A stretch of DNA of 52,742 bases from a virus (Duplodnaviria; Caudoviricetes), in IMG/VR virus record IMGVR_UViG_3300025141_000137, positions 1 through 52,742 of that record; one strand, 5' to 3'. The position numbers and the translations under genes were made by a program. Positions 28,401 to 37,489 of this stretch are shown piece by piece. Numbering within the stretch: position 1 is the stretch's first letter; each line of letters opens with the position of its first letter. A model generated the notes under the pieces. It did no database searches, had not been told where the DNA came from, and saw only the letters and a program-made list of their open reading frames with translations.

Positions 28401-29188
28401 CAGCGCCCGCGGCCCCCACCACCATGGAACAAGCGCTTCCTCTCAGCTTCGGCCTCTGGAGGAGCCTGTGCTCCTGTCCCCCCGGCAGCCGGAGGTGCAG
28501 CCGCAACAGCCGCAGCTTTCTCCTTCCCACCCTCACGGGCGGCCTTCCGACGCTTGGAGATCTCAGCCGTGAGCCTTCCGAGCATGTCTTCCATGTCTTC
28601 CAGACTCGGCGTGCTTCCAGCAGACTCGGGAGGCGCCATTTCCGGGGTCTCGGGTAATAGCTCGACTGGGGGGTCAGCGGGAGGCATTTCACTGCTAATC
28701 CCCAAAGGCTGGGCTTGGTGCCCTCTTGGCGGCCCACCTGCGAGAGCCGGCTCCTCGGGGGGCTCCAAGTCTGGAGAGTCGATCTTTGGCTCTGCCTTGC
28801 CCGCCTCCGCAAGCTCCTTTCGGATTGCGGTGTAGGGGACGCTATCCATCGGAACGACGTACCCAGCAGGAACCCTCCCCTTGGGATCCACGAGGATGCT
28901 GATCTCCTCTGAGATGGGATCGAAGGCATAGGTGTAGCCTCCAAAACCCTCGTGCCGAATCGAAGTGGGAGAAGCTGCTGGCGCACCAACTGCAGGAGCA
29001 GCGGCCAACTCTGGCTCCGGAAGCCCCATGTCTGGGGGAGGGCCGGGCGCAGCCTCGGGCAAAGCCGCATCCATGCCTTCGGCCGTGGGCAGACTTGTGG
29101 GGTCTTGGCTCCATGCTCCAGCCACGGCACGCCGAGCCGCGTCCTGTCGAGCCTGAGCTTGGGGATCAAGGTCGTAATACTGAGGCAT
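28400..29188 (-). CDS. Pro/Ala/Glu-rich protein with small folded core
   Basis: AGGAG RBS; TGATG coupling to portal. Confidence 0.7.
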   Translation of the reverse strand: MPQYYDLDPQAQARQDAARRAVAGAWSQDPTSLPTAEGMDAALPEAAPGPPPDMGLPEPELAAAPAVGAPAASPTSIRHEGFGGYTYAFDPISEEISILVDPKGRVPAGYVVPMDSVPYTAIRKELAEAGKAEPKIDSPDLEPPEEPALAGGPPRGHQAQPLGISSEMPPADPPVELLPETPEMAPPESAGSTPSLEDMEDMLGRLTAEISKRRKAAREGGKEKAAAVAAAPPAAGGTGAQAPPEAEAERKRLFHGGGGRGR

Positions 29189-29211
29189 CGCTCACTCTCC
29201 TATCCAACAGT

Positions 29212-30132
29212 TTATCCTTGTGGAAACCAACCCTTCAGGGTGTCCATAAGAGACTTCTCGGGCGGGGGCGCTTCCACGTCTGTCGGCCAGGGGACGATCT
29301 CTGGTGGGGGGCCCACTCCAATAGACATCCAAGCATAGTGATCGAGCCAGCCGTTTCTCCAAGCCATCTCTCGATATTCTTTGTTGTGCTTGAGGATAGT
29401 AAGCCGGGCCTCGCCTCCGACGTCGGGCTCCTTGAGCTCCCACGCCTGAAGGGGCCTACCCTTTTCAGCCGCCTGCTCGTACAGGGGATCGCCCAAGCCT
29501 CCAACGATGGCGGGCCCCACACGTATGCCGTAGTCGAGCTTTGCCTTTTGCTTGTCGTCTAGAGCAGCAATCCGCGCAGAGAAGATCCCCTCCTCCTCTC
29601 TCTCTCCTCTCCACCGCGTTTTTTCCTCTTCTGGGCTAGGGCCTGCTTCTGTGGGGCGTAGAGGCTCGTAGCCCGCTATTTCAGCCTCTGCCTGCTGTGC
29701 GGCTCGATGGCCTTTCTTGGCCATTGCGATATCCTCGGGAATCTCAGGCCCGTACCACAGTTCTGGAGAGGCCGGGGGAAGCCCAGGGCCAATGGGTCCG
29801 GACCAATCCGGGCCGGGTTGCCCTTCCTTTCGGATCCACTCTCGCGGATAGAGTAGCTCATCAATAGCCGAGGAGGCGCCGGAAGTGGCCGGGGCGGCAG
29901 CCCGAGCAGACTCGGACGGGGAGCGCGTCTTCTTGGAAGCACCCTTCTTGGGAGCGGCCTTTCTCGTAGGCGCTGGGGCGGGAGCGGCTTCTGGGACGGC
30001 TGCTGGTTCCTCTGAGGCGAGGGCCTTCTTCGCAGCTTCCGCCCGATGCTCATGCCACGCCTTCCGGGCATCCTCACGCTCCGCCTGCTCTTCTTCTGGG
30101 GAGATGAATACCTCCCTTCTCCTGCGTCCCAT
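29212..30132 (-). CDS. Pro/Ala-rich hypothetical protein
   Basis: AAGGAGG RBS. Confidence 0.75.
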   Translation of the reverse strand: MGRRRREVFISPEEEQAEREDARKAWHEHRAEAAKKALASEEPAAVPEAAPAPAPTRKAAPKKGASKKTRSPSESARAAAPATSGASSAIDELLYPREWIRKEGQPGPDWSGPIGPGLPPASPELWYGPEIPEDIAMAKKGHRAAQQAEAEIAGYEPLRPTEAGPSPEEEKTRWRGEREEEGIFSARIAALDDKQKAKLDYGIRVGPAIVGGLGDPLYEQAAEKGRPLQAWELKEPDVGGEARLTILKHNKEYREMAWRNGWLDHYAWMSIGVGPPPEIVPWPTDVEAPPPEKSLMDTLKGWFPQG

Positions 30133-30152
30133 GTGGCCTCCTTCGAGGAAGT

Positions 30153-30407
30153 CTATCGTGAAGCGGGCGGAGTGGGCGAGGGGAAGTCTTGCGACTTCTG
30201 CATATCGTGAAGATCCGCCAGAGAAGGCCCCTCCCGAAAGACAATGGCCTTCTTGGGGTCGGCGTGGAATCGCTTCCAGTCTACTGTGAAGGGCCCGTAC
30301 TGAGCAGTCCAGAGGTTCGGGACCACGGCTGTCATCCCTTTATACGCGAGATGGTGGGCGTCCCTTTCTGGGAGGTAGACGATTTCAGCGTCTGCAGGTT
30401 GCTTCAT
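30153..30407 (-). CDS. Hypothetical protein
   Basis: ATGA overlap with terminase stop. Confidence 0.65.
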   Translation of the reverse strand: MKQPADAEIVYLPERDAHHLAYKGMTAVVPNLWTAQYGPFTVDWKRFHADPKKAIVFREGPSLADLHDMQKSQDFPSPTPPASR

Positions 30408-32110
30408 TTCCGCCTCGTGGGGAGTCGATAGGTCAGCCGGGGAGCAGGCTTCTTGTCCCCCGCTATAGTAGCTCGATACTTCTGCTGCCGGTCATAGGGC
30501 ATTTCAGAAAAGAGCGCAGTCGAGTCAATAGGCGTGTGGGGAAAGGGGCGTTGGGGCAGCGCACGGGCTGCCTGGATTGCCATGAGGAGGGCCGAGACCT
30601 TGTCCCAGTGGTGCCGATCTCGACGGCGAGGGGATGGCCCTCCACGAACAAGCTCCAGACCAGCGCCCTCCTCGATCCGCTTGTCATTCTTGTAGGTCTG
30701 GAGTTGCTCCACCGTGTTCTTGTCATGGAGGATGAGATCGTCCAAGAGGGAGTCGATGAGGTGCCCGGTCATGCGATCCAGGCTCTTGGAGGTCGTGGTC
30801 AGCCCGGGTGTGAACTTCCTCTCGTAGAAGAGGTTGCCGTACTCAGCCTGATCGAGGAGAGACAGCACCGCCTGTCCAACACCATTGGACTCTACGGTGA
30901 CCAGTGCGCCGTTGTACCGCTCGGCTGCTCGTAGGATGTGCCGGTGGAAGGTCAACGGATCGACGTGGTCAGCAAAGCACGCCACCTGTTCCCAGTGCCT
31001 GTCGTAGACCTTGAGGACCTGGAACGAGGCGTGATCTCGTGCGGCATAGCCGGAGGGGTCAACACCAATCGCGTAGATAGCGTCCGACTTGGGAGCCTCG
31101 TACTCCATGTACGGCGCCTCCCAGGACACGAGCGGAGCGTCGATGTGCTTCTGGAGAGCCCGGGTTGGGATCGCAGCGTTGGTCGAGGAGATCCAACAAC
31201 CCACGTCATCAAAGGGGTACATGACGACAAAGCGCTCGGGATGCCTCCTGAGCTCAGCATCTTCCTGGAGAGCCAATCGTCGGAAGAAGAGATTGTCCCA
31301 GGTCAGCCCGTCCTTGTGGTACCGCTCGTACAGCCGGATCTCTTCCAGGTCCCAGACCGTGTCAGACGGGGGGACACGGGCATTCAGGAGCCCGTCCCAA
31401 AAAGGATAGAACCGAGCGAAGTGCCTCGCGTGGGGCTGAGACGTGGCCTCCTTCGCCATCAGGTAGTGCTCGTGCCAGGAACTGCCCCGCTCCCAGGGCG
31501 TTGCCTCAAACAGCACGAGCGCATTCTGCCGGTTTCGAAGGGATGGTGTAATGAGGAACATGGACCCTTCAAAGTCCGACCAGAGATGGCATTCCGAAGC
31601 GTGGAAGCTGTCCGGGCTCTGCCCAACACCCACAGCCCCAGACTCCGCAGAGAGCACGCGCATACGCCCACCGTGGAGAGGATCGAAGGACAACTGGCGG
31701 CTCTCTCGCTGAGAGACCGTGGGCGTGCGTAGCTGCTCAGGCCAGCGCAGATGCAAGTGGTGGATCCGCTTGTGCAGGTAGTCTGCCCGGTCCCGGGTAT
31801 CTGCGATGGTGACGTGGTCCCAGCCCGGGGTGTAGGCAGCCAACGGGTACGCTGCCATGTCAGCCGAAGTGGACTTGCCGACCTGACGAGATGCCAGGAT
31901 TGTGATCCACCGGGTATGCCCAGAGGGCGTCCGAGGGGGATTCGAGTAGTAGGCCAGGATGTCCTGCTGGAGCGTCCTGGTCAGATCCCCAGGGTTGTAC
32001 TTCTTGAAGCGTCCCGTGGCGAGATCGTGGACTTGCCCGTATGCCGGGAGAGAAGTGCTGGGTGTCTGGAGCGCCTTGAGAAGCCGCTGGGCCTGGAGAG
32101 GAGTCGTCAT
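30404..32110 (-). CDS. terL: Terminase large subunit
   Basis: ASRQVGKST Walker A, FHASE Walker B variant, IGVDPS RNase H-like nuclease motif, VESNGVG, HWDKVSA. Confidence 0.93.
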   Translation of the reverse strand: MTTPLQAQRLLKALQTPSTSLPAYGQVHDLATGRFKKYNPGDLTRTLQQDILAYYSNPPRTPSGHTRWITILASRQVGKSTSADMAAYPLAAYTPGWDHVTIADTRDRADYLHKRIHHLHLRWPEQLRTPTVSQRESRQLSFDPLHGGRMRVLSAESGAVGVGQSPDSFHASECHLWSDFEGSMFLITPSLRNRQNALVLFEATPWERGSSWHEHYLMAKEATSQPHARHFARFYPFWDGLLNARVPPSDTVWDLEEIRLYERYHKDGLTWDNLFFRRLALQEDAELRRHPERFVVMYPFDDVGCWISSTNAAIPTRALQKHIDAPLVSWEAPYMEYEAPKSDAIYAIGVDPSGYAARDHASFQVLKVYDRHWEQVACFADHVDPLTFHRHILRAAERYNGALVTVESNGVGQAVLSLLDQAEYGNLFYERKFTPGLTTTSKSLDRMTGHLIDSLLDDLILHDKNTVEQLQTYKNDKRIEEGAGLELVRGGPSPRRRDRHHWDKVSALLMAIQAARALPQRPFPHTPIDSTALFSEMPYDRQQKYRATIAGDKKPAPRLTYRLPTRRK

Positions 32111-32343
32111 ACTGACCTGTGAGATGCCATGCCGCTCAACTGCTCAATGATTGTCTCAGCAGGCGGCTCGGTTGAAAACTGGAGAGCAATCATTCCATCC
32201 GCGAAGGGCCCCGCTTGGTAGTAGCTCGTAATGCCGAAGTCCGTCATCACGTAGATCCGCTCAACCGGCTGGAGTTCCCCGGTTTTCGGGTGCGGGAACA
32301 GCCCCCAAACCTGAAGATCAGCGACGATCAAGCTCTTGCTCAT
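32107..32343 (-). CDS. Hypothetical protein upstream of terL
   Basis: ATGA overlap with terL; TAAACT -10-like element just upstream of ATG. Confidence 0.6.
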   Translation of the reverse strand: MSKSLIVADLQVWGLFPHPKTGELQPVERIYVMTDFGITSYYQAGPFADGMIALQFSTEPPAETIIEQLSGMASHRSV

Positions 32344-32425
32344 GGAAGCAGTTTAGCCCGGGGGTTGGAAAAGAGGGGATATGGCGTTACTCTAAGTAAC
32401 GCCCCTTCCTGCCCGGTGACTATAT

Positions 32426-32608
32426 ATGGCTTACATCCGAGGCGAACCCCGTAGGGAACTCAGGCCCGTTCTTGTACGTCTGACCATGGAGCTATTCCAG
32501 GAAGTAGACCAACTTGCACGGGATCTCGACGTCGGTTGGTCCACGGTCATCCGTCTCCTCGTGAAGGAAGCCCTGGCCGCCCGTGGAGTCGTCTGGGAAA
32601 ATGACTGA
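32426..32608 (+). CDS. Ribbon-helix-helix (CopG-like) regulator
   Basis: VLVRL strand then ELFQEVDQLA and STVIRLLVKEAL helices; divergent from late operon. Confidence 0.75.
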   Translation: MAYIRGEPRRELRPVLVRLTMELFQEVDQLARDLDVGWSTVIRLLVKEALAARGVVWEND

Positions 32609-33714
32609 TGGCCGGAACACCCTGGGCCCGATTGGTGGGCGACCCGAAGGGCAATCTCCTAAAAGGACTCCGGTGGCCTCTTTGTCTGCCCGACATTCTC
32701 CGCGTCCCGGGCAACTACCCCCCGATCTCCCTCCTTGCCCCGAAGCACCGATGGGGCGATGCCCTCTGTGGTGGCCTTCACCGGGAGGGCCGAGACCCCA
32801 GGAAAGACGGGCGCATCGAGCTCTGGGTGCGGGAGCGCGAGAAGCTGGAGCGCAAAGTCCGGGCCTGGGCTGGATACCGGGGCCTCCTGGAGTTCAACGC
32901 CGGGGTCGTCCGGGACGACTGGGGCGAAGTGGGAGAGGCTTGGCCCTGGGAGCCCTGGCCAAACATCCGGGCCGTCACCTACTACCTCTTACGAGAAGGC
33001 CGTGGTGCGAAGACCTCTCGGGGGGGTGCCCTGGACAACCTCCTCTGGTGGCTCGCCGGAGTCGGGGGCTCAGAGGACGGGGCCCGTGCGGGCATCCGCT
33101 GGTTGGTCAACAAGTCCAACAAGTTCGTCATCTGGGCTGTGGGGCCGGGTCTCCTGCCCGGAGTTCTGAGTTCTGGGGACGCAGCAGTCGTGCTGAAGAT
33201 ATGGCAGGGCGAAGGGGCCAAGGTCCATCCCAACGAGATCCGCAACATCTGCCGGTCCGCTTGGTACAAGGGCGTCGTCTCCGGGGCATTCGATGAGATC
33301 CCAGGGGCACAAGCCGGGGCTTGGCACCGGACCTGGGCGCTGTGGGACAGCCTTGAAGAGAAAAGCTGGTGGCTCTGTGGAGGCCCCTGGAACAGCGAGT
33401 TCCTTGCAGAACGAGAGCGTTGGGAGAAACGACATGGTAGGTTGCAGACATGGGACGCGCTGACCGATACGCCCTTACCGGGCCAGATGGGGAACTGGTG
33501 GAGAGCCCTGAACGAGAGACCAGAGGGGAGTTCAACGGGGTCTCCACCACTCTGGCTCCGAGAACGCCAGCTCTCGCCGAGACGCTCTCCCCCGAATCCC
33601 TTGAAGAACTCATTCAAGAAGCGCAAATCAAAGGCGAAGGGCTCCTCGGAGAGTTCCTCGTCCGCAGGGGCGGAATCAACTCCCCAGCAGGCATCACGGA
33701 AGTCGCGTTCGTAG
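32608..33714 (+). CDS. Trp-rich hypothetical protein
   Basis: TGATG coupling to RHH gene; strong GC3 bias in first ~280 codons. Confidence 0.65.
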   Translation: MAGTPWARLVGDPKGNLLKGLRWPLCLPDILRVPGNYPPISLLAPKHRWGDALCGGLHREGRDPRKDGRIELWVREREKLERKVRAWAGYRGLLEFNAGVVRDDWGEVGEAWPWEPWPNIRAVTYYLLREGRGAKTSRGGALDNLLWWLAGVGGSEDGARAGIRWLVNKSNKFVIWAVGPGLLPGVLSSGDAAVVLKIWQGEGAKVHPNEIRNICRSAWYKGVVSGAFDEIPGAQAGAWHRTWALWDSLEEKSWWLCGGPWNSEFLAERERWEKRHGRLQTWDALTDTPLPGQMGNWWRALNERPEGSSTGSPPLWLRERQLSPRRSPPNPLKNSFKKRKSKAKGSSESSSSAGAESTPQQASRKSRS

Positions 33715-33884
33715 CAGCGCTCTCCGTCGCTCGTGGGGACCTCACCACAGGGCGTAGTTCTGAGATCCGAAAGTGGATGGAGCTTGCCCACGCCACGATG
33801 GTGGCCTCCTCGATGGGGGGGAACACCGTCAACTACATCACGCAGCTTCAGGTCCTCGCGGGCCAAGCCGGCGAAGCCAAATAG
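33450..33884 (+). CDS. Hypothetical protein (possible small terminase)
   Basis: Plausible helical protein; overlaps previous ORF by 265 nt. Confidence 0.6.
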   Translation: MGRADRYALTGPDGELVESPERETRGEFNGVSTTLAPRTPALAETLSPESLEELIQEAQIKGEGLLGEFLVRRGGINSPAGITEVAFVAALSVARGDLTTGRSSEIRKWMELAHATMVASSMGGNTVNYITQLQVLAGQAGEAK

Positions 33885-34027
33885 TCTGAGCCCTTCGGAG
33901 TCCCACTCCTCTCCATGAAAGGGGGGTGGTCATTTAGGAAGCGGCTCGTTCCTATCGAACCCCCCGCCCCCCCGTCTGCCCGGGGAGGGCAAAACAACGA
34001 CGGCCCCTTGTGGGCCTGGAGGTGTCC

Positions 34028-34288
34028 ATGTTGCTCCTTCTCCTCTCCTCCCTCGCCCTGGGTGGCGACTTCAACTGCCTCCTATCCGTCTGGTGGGAGA
34101 AATCCTACGACGCCCCGGGCCGGGATCTCACCTGGACGGTGGCTGAGCGGACCGTCTACGACCTCTGGGACGCGGACGCTCGGTGGCGCCTGGAGGGCGG
34201 CCCCGTCCTCGAAACCCCAGACGCCCGTGCTTGGCGCCTGGAAGCCCAAGCCTGCGGGTACCCCGTAACATATGCTGACAACAGGTGA
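34028..34288 (+). CDS. Small exported protein
   Basis: GGAGG RBS then MLLLLLSSLALG signal-like peptide; two Cys. Confidence 0.6.
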   Translation: MLLLLLSSLALGGDFNCLLSVWWEKSYDAPGRDLTWTVAERTVYDLWDADARWRLEGGPVLETPDARAWRLEAQACGYPVTYADNR

Positions 34289-34396
34289 TAACACAGGGGT
34301 AAGAGAGTGCGTGAGGGGAGTCCCAAACTGGAATGATAGACCCCCCCTCCTTCCGGGGATGCCCCGCGCGAGGACCCCCCGACCAGCAGGTAATCG

Positions 34397-34552
34397 ACCG
34401 AACGGTAGATTAGCTGGCCGGATACCTACCGAACGGTAGATAACCTGGCCCAACCTGAACGCCTGTTCAGGTACCCCCCTACCTGAACGCCTGTTCAGTA
34501 TAAATCGACAGGGCGCCTCAGATATCGATATCATTCTCCCATCACCTGATGG
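34397..34552. repeat. Cluster of duplicated palindromes
   Basis: ACCGAACGGTAGAT x2, ACCTGAACGCCTGTTCAG x2, GATATCGATATC, CCATCA-CC-TGATGG. Confidence 0.85.
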
Positions 34553-34558
34553 TAAGAT
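34505..34558 (+). promoter_or_regulatory. Candidate early promoters
   Basis: TCGACA-18-TATCAT (34505-34534) and extended -10 TGGTAAGAT (34550-34558). Confidence 0.5.
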
Positions 34559-34633
34559 CGGACATCAGCCGCAGGGCCGCCTGGACATTCCGTCCGGGTC
34601 GTCGCTAAACATGGCTGATTCACAGGAGCATTC

Positions 34634-35251
34634 ATGTCCATCAAACTGAAAAAAGCCGAAATTCTCGACAGAGCCGCCAAAGTTAAGGGCGCGAGCGTCG
34701 GTCCCTGCTCGATGCGAGGCGCCAAGGGGCGCACCGTTTCTGACGGTCCCAACAAGGGAGACACCGTACTGCCCAAGGGTTGGGAGACGGGTAGCGCTGG
34801 CTTCCACGGAACTGAGGTCACGGTAGCCGGTGTGTCTAAGCAGACGATCGACGGAACGGTCTACTACTACGCGAACCGTGCCATCAAGGCCGGAGAGATC
34901 ATCAGCGCTCGCTCCTTGTACGGCGCTCCGGGTCTCGGCCCTGCTGGACGCATCCGGTCCAAACTCATGAGCGCGACCCCTGCGGAGGGTGGTTTCAAGG
35001 GCATGGGCGTCGTGACCAACGAAACCAAGGCCGTGACCAGCGGAGCGGCAGCGGCAGCGGCAGAGGCATCGCTCCAGAAGAGCGTAAAGGCTGCCTACGA
35101 CCTCTGCGACGGCGACGTGGAAGCGGCTACCGCCTGTCTCGTGTCCGGCGGAATGTCATCCCCCATGGCTGCGTTCTTCCTCGATGCGCACGTCAAGAGC
35201 CTGCCGGTGGAGGAGGAGGAAGTCGCGGAGGACGGAGAAGCGGCTGCATGA
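34634..35251 (+). CDS. First early-region protein, acidic C-terminal tail
   Basis: CAGGAG RBS; 205-aa ORF. Confidence 0.8.
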   Translation: MSIKLKKAEILDRAAKVKGASVGPCSMRGAKGRTVSDGPNKGDTVLPKGWETGSAGFHGTEVTVAGVSKQTIDGTVYYYANRAIKAGEIISARSLYGAPGLGPAGRIRSKLMSATPAEGGFKGMGVVTNETKAVTSGAAAAAAEASLQKSVKAAYDLCDGDVEAATACLVSGGMSSPMAAFFLDAHVKSLPVEEEEVAEDGEAAA

Positions 35252-35415
35252 GGTACCACCCAGGGACCTTTTACTTTCTCCTGGGCTTGTCCTTCCTAAT
35301 CTTCTGATCTGAAAGGACGCGCTTCCCCTTCCCCCGACCCTTCACAGGGTCGGGGCAAGGGATAGCGAACCGCAACCCTCCACCGTCCCTATGGGACATC
35401 ACAAGCGAGACACCG

Positions 35416-35739
35416 ATGCGAACCGACCTCCGAAACCGACTCCAGTCCCTACTTGCAGAACTACACACGGACGACACCACTACCCTCTCCGTCTGGAAAG
35501 CCTGGAATGATGGAGAGATCACTTTGGAGAAGGGTGGCGCCGTGTACGGCTGCCGGAACCTCCATACGATGGAGCCATCCCTCGTGTGGCTCCGTCGTCT
35601 GGACGACGACGGAGGGTGGGAACCACTGCCGGTCTTGCCCCGATACAACGCGGATAGCGGCTACAGTTACGCCATTGTGGCGACAAAGCGCGATGCCTAC
35701 CGGGTACGCTCCGCCATCCGGGAGATCCTGCGGGGCTAA
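35416..35739 (+). CDS. Hypothetical early protein
   Basis: GAGACACCGATG start context shared with neighbours. Confidence 0.7.
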   Translation: MRTDLRNRLQSLLAELHTDDTTTLSVWKAWNDGEITLEKGGAVYGCRNLHTMEPSLVWLRRLDDDGGWEPLPVLPRYNADSGYSYAIVATKRDAYRVRSAIREILRG

Positions 35740-35933
35740 CCCCACAACAGGCTCCCTAAGCCCTGCCTGGTGCAAACCAGGCAGGGCCATGCTGCGCCTG
35801 GCCCCAACAGCTTTTCTGAGGTTCTCTCTCTATCACTTTTTCCTGAGAGAGCGAGTTGTCGCTACCCGCTCTTTCAGAAAACGGCACAGCTTAGGTTGTG
35901 CCGCCCATCATTCAAATAGCCAGGAGACACCCG

Positions 35934-36509
35934 ATGAAACCAGCCCTTGAAAATCCTATGTGGCTAAGCCACGACGAGGAGCCGCTGGTGGCTAAGCTGA
36001 AGCAGAGCGCCCTGAAGCGTCACGGTTTCGGTCCCGCCCTGGCAGCGGGTCATCACCTGAGGTTCCACGAGCCGCCCGCCGATCTGCTTGCGGGTCTGGT
36101 AGAGACTGCTCTCGTGAGTGGCACCGGACCACGCGTTGCAGTAGCCAGGGACTGGCTAAACGCTCAAAGTCCAGCCCGGATCGAGGGCTGGATAACCAGC
36201 GCAACCGGCCTCGCTGTCCGTGCCATGGATGACCTGGAGTCTCTCCAGGAATGGCCCGTGCGTGGTTGGCGCAGGGCCCTGCAACGTCTCCTGGTACACC
36301 GGGACGATCTGGAGTCTCTCCAGCAGATCCTGTGTCTTAGCCAGGACACTGCTGTTGTGGATGAGGCTCTTGCCGCCCTGGACTGTATGCTGCGCCACTT
36401 CCTGGACAGCCTACCCGTGGTGCCTCGCTTGAATAGCGAGCAACTCATGCTCGCCTCGCTACGAGACCGCAACGCGTGGTGGGTTGGACGTGAGTATTAC
36501 GTCGGGTAG
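35934..36509 (+). CDS. Hypothetical helical protein (DDLESLQ x2)
   Basis: CAGGAGACACCCGATG start; trimmed from ORF track. Confidence 0.75.
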   Translation: MKPALENPMWLSHDEEPLVAKLKQSALKRHGFGPALAAGHHLRFHEPPADLLAGLVETALVSGTGPRVAVARDWLNAQSPARIEGWITSATGLAVRAMDDLESLQEWPVRGWRRALQRLLVHRDDLESLQQILCLSQDTAVVDEALAALDCMLRHFLDSLPVVPRLNSEQLMLASLRDRNAWWVGREYYVG

Positions 36510-36592
36510 CGAGGAGCATGGACGAGGAGACACGTCACCCGGACGTGTCTACCTCGCCTGTGATTCTCACAGGATCCCCCAGGAGACTACCG

Positions 36593-36913
36593 ATGACACT
36601 TGGACACCTTGCGCCTCTTAGGCGTGACACCGCTGAGACAGCCGCTGAGGATCTGACGATCCGAGGCCCACAACCTTGCAGGCTTCAGCCCCAACAGACG
36701 ACCCTACGCCAGTCTCAACTGGAGTCTATTGAGAAGGTCGAGGAGATCCTGTGGGCTATTTTCCACTACGACCGTAGCCCGTCAGAACACGTCCTTACAG
36801 CGTGGCGTGCCGTCAATGCGGCCCGTGTCCAGGACATGGCTGAGATGATCGACGGTGCTGAGCGTCGTCCTGAGACGGTTTGCAATAGGCAGGACTGTCG
36901 ATGCCAGACCTGA
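36593..36913 (+). CDS. Hypothetical early protein
   Basis: CAGGAGACTACCGATG start. Confidence 0.6.
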   Translation: MTLGHLAPLRRDTAETAAEDLTIRGPQPCRLQPQQTTLRQSQLESIEKVEEILWAIFHYDRSPSEHVLTAWRAVNAARVQDMAEMIDGAERRPETVCNRQDCRCQT

Positions 36914-37180
36914 GAACTGCTGGGCTGATCGCTACGATGGTAGTCCTACTGTGGGCGTGCTCCTGTCTTGGGCACCTTTCCCACGGGCCAGGCTCTACCA
37001 GGATCGGCCGAGCGCTCTCCTCCTTAGAGGAGCGCTAAGCTCTCCCCTGCCATACGGCAGCAGCCCGCCCTGGGATTTTCCTGGGGTGGGCCTTTGCCGT
37101 ATCCTGTCGCTCCATCCGACAGGTCCTTTGACCATTCTGACAGCCCTCGATGGAGACGGGTTGTCGCTACAGGAGACAAT

Positions 37181-37486
37181 ATGAGCGTTACGCTCACTGG
37201 CTGGGTCGACGCTGAAGAGCGTGGCCCTGAGCCGGGCTCACGAGAATGTGAAGTAGAAGTCGAGTGGCCTGAGATTTTCGAGGCACTCAGGAACTGCCCG
37301 GATGATGTCATCCAGCAGGATGAGAGCGGAGACATCTCCCACTTCATCATCAGGGCCAGCCCTGACCCCTTGATTGCACTGCGAAACCTGCTGAACAGCA
37401 GTCTCACAGGAGCCGAGAGGCTCACTCTCCTCGATGACATCGAGGCCCTGGTACAGGCGTGGACGCTCCACACTGAGGAGGCATAG
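37181..37486 (+). CDS. Acidic hypothetical early protein
   Basis: CAGGAGACAATATG start. Confidence 0.7.
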   Translation: MSVTLTGWVDAEERGPEPGSRECEVEVEWPEIFEALRNCPDDVIQQDESGDISHFIIRASPDPLIALRNLLNSSLTGAERLTLLDDIEALVQAWTLHTEEA

Positions 37487-37489
37487 GAA

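Noticed and set aside
22275-28420. Shared GG-K/R C-termini in several head proteins as a signal
   Set aside because: May partly reflect G-rich SD-like sequence at gene ends; too short to support separately
31590-31610. Terminase Walker B SE instead of DE as inactivation
   Set aside because: This variant is common in one terminase group and other motifs are intact
33885-34010. tRNA or other RNA gene in structured intergenic DNA
   Set aside because: G/C-run stem only; no cloverleaf or T-loop consensus
34397-34498. Mini CRISPR array
   Set aside because: Two different repeat types, only about 10-17 nt between copies, and no cas operon; the Cas4-like gene sits in a replication module
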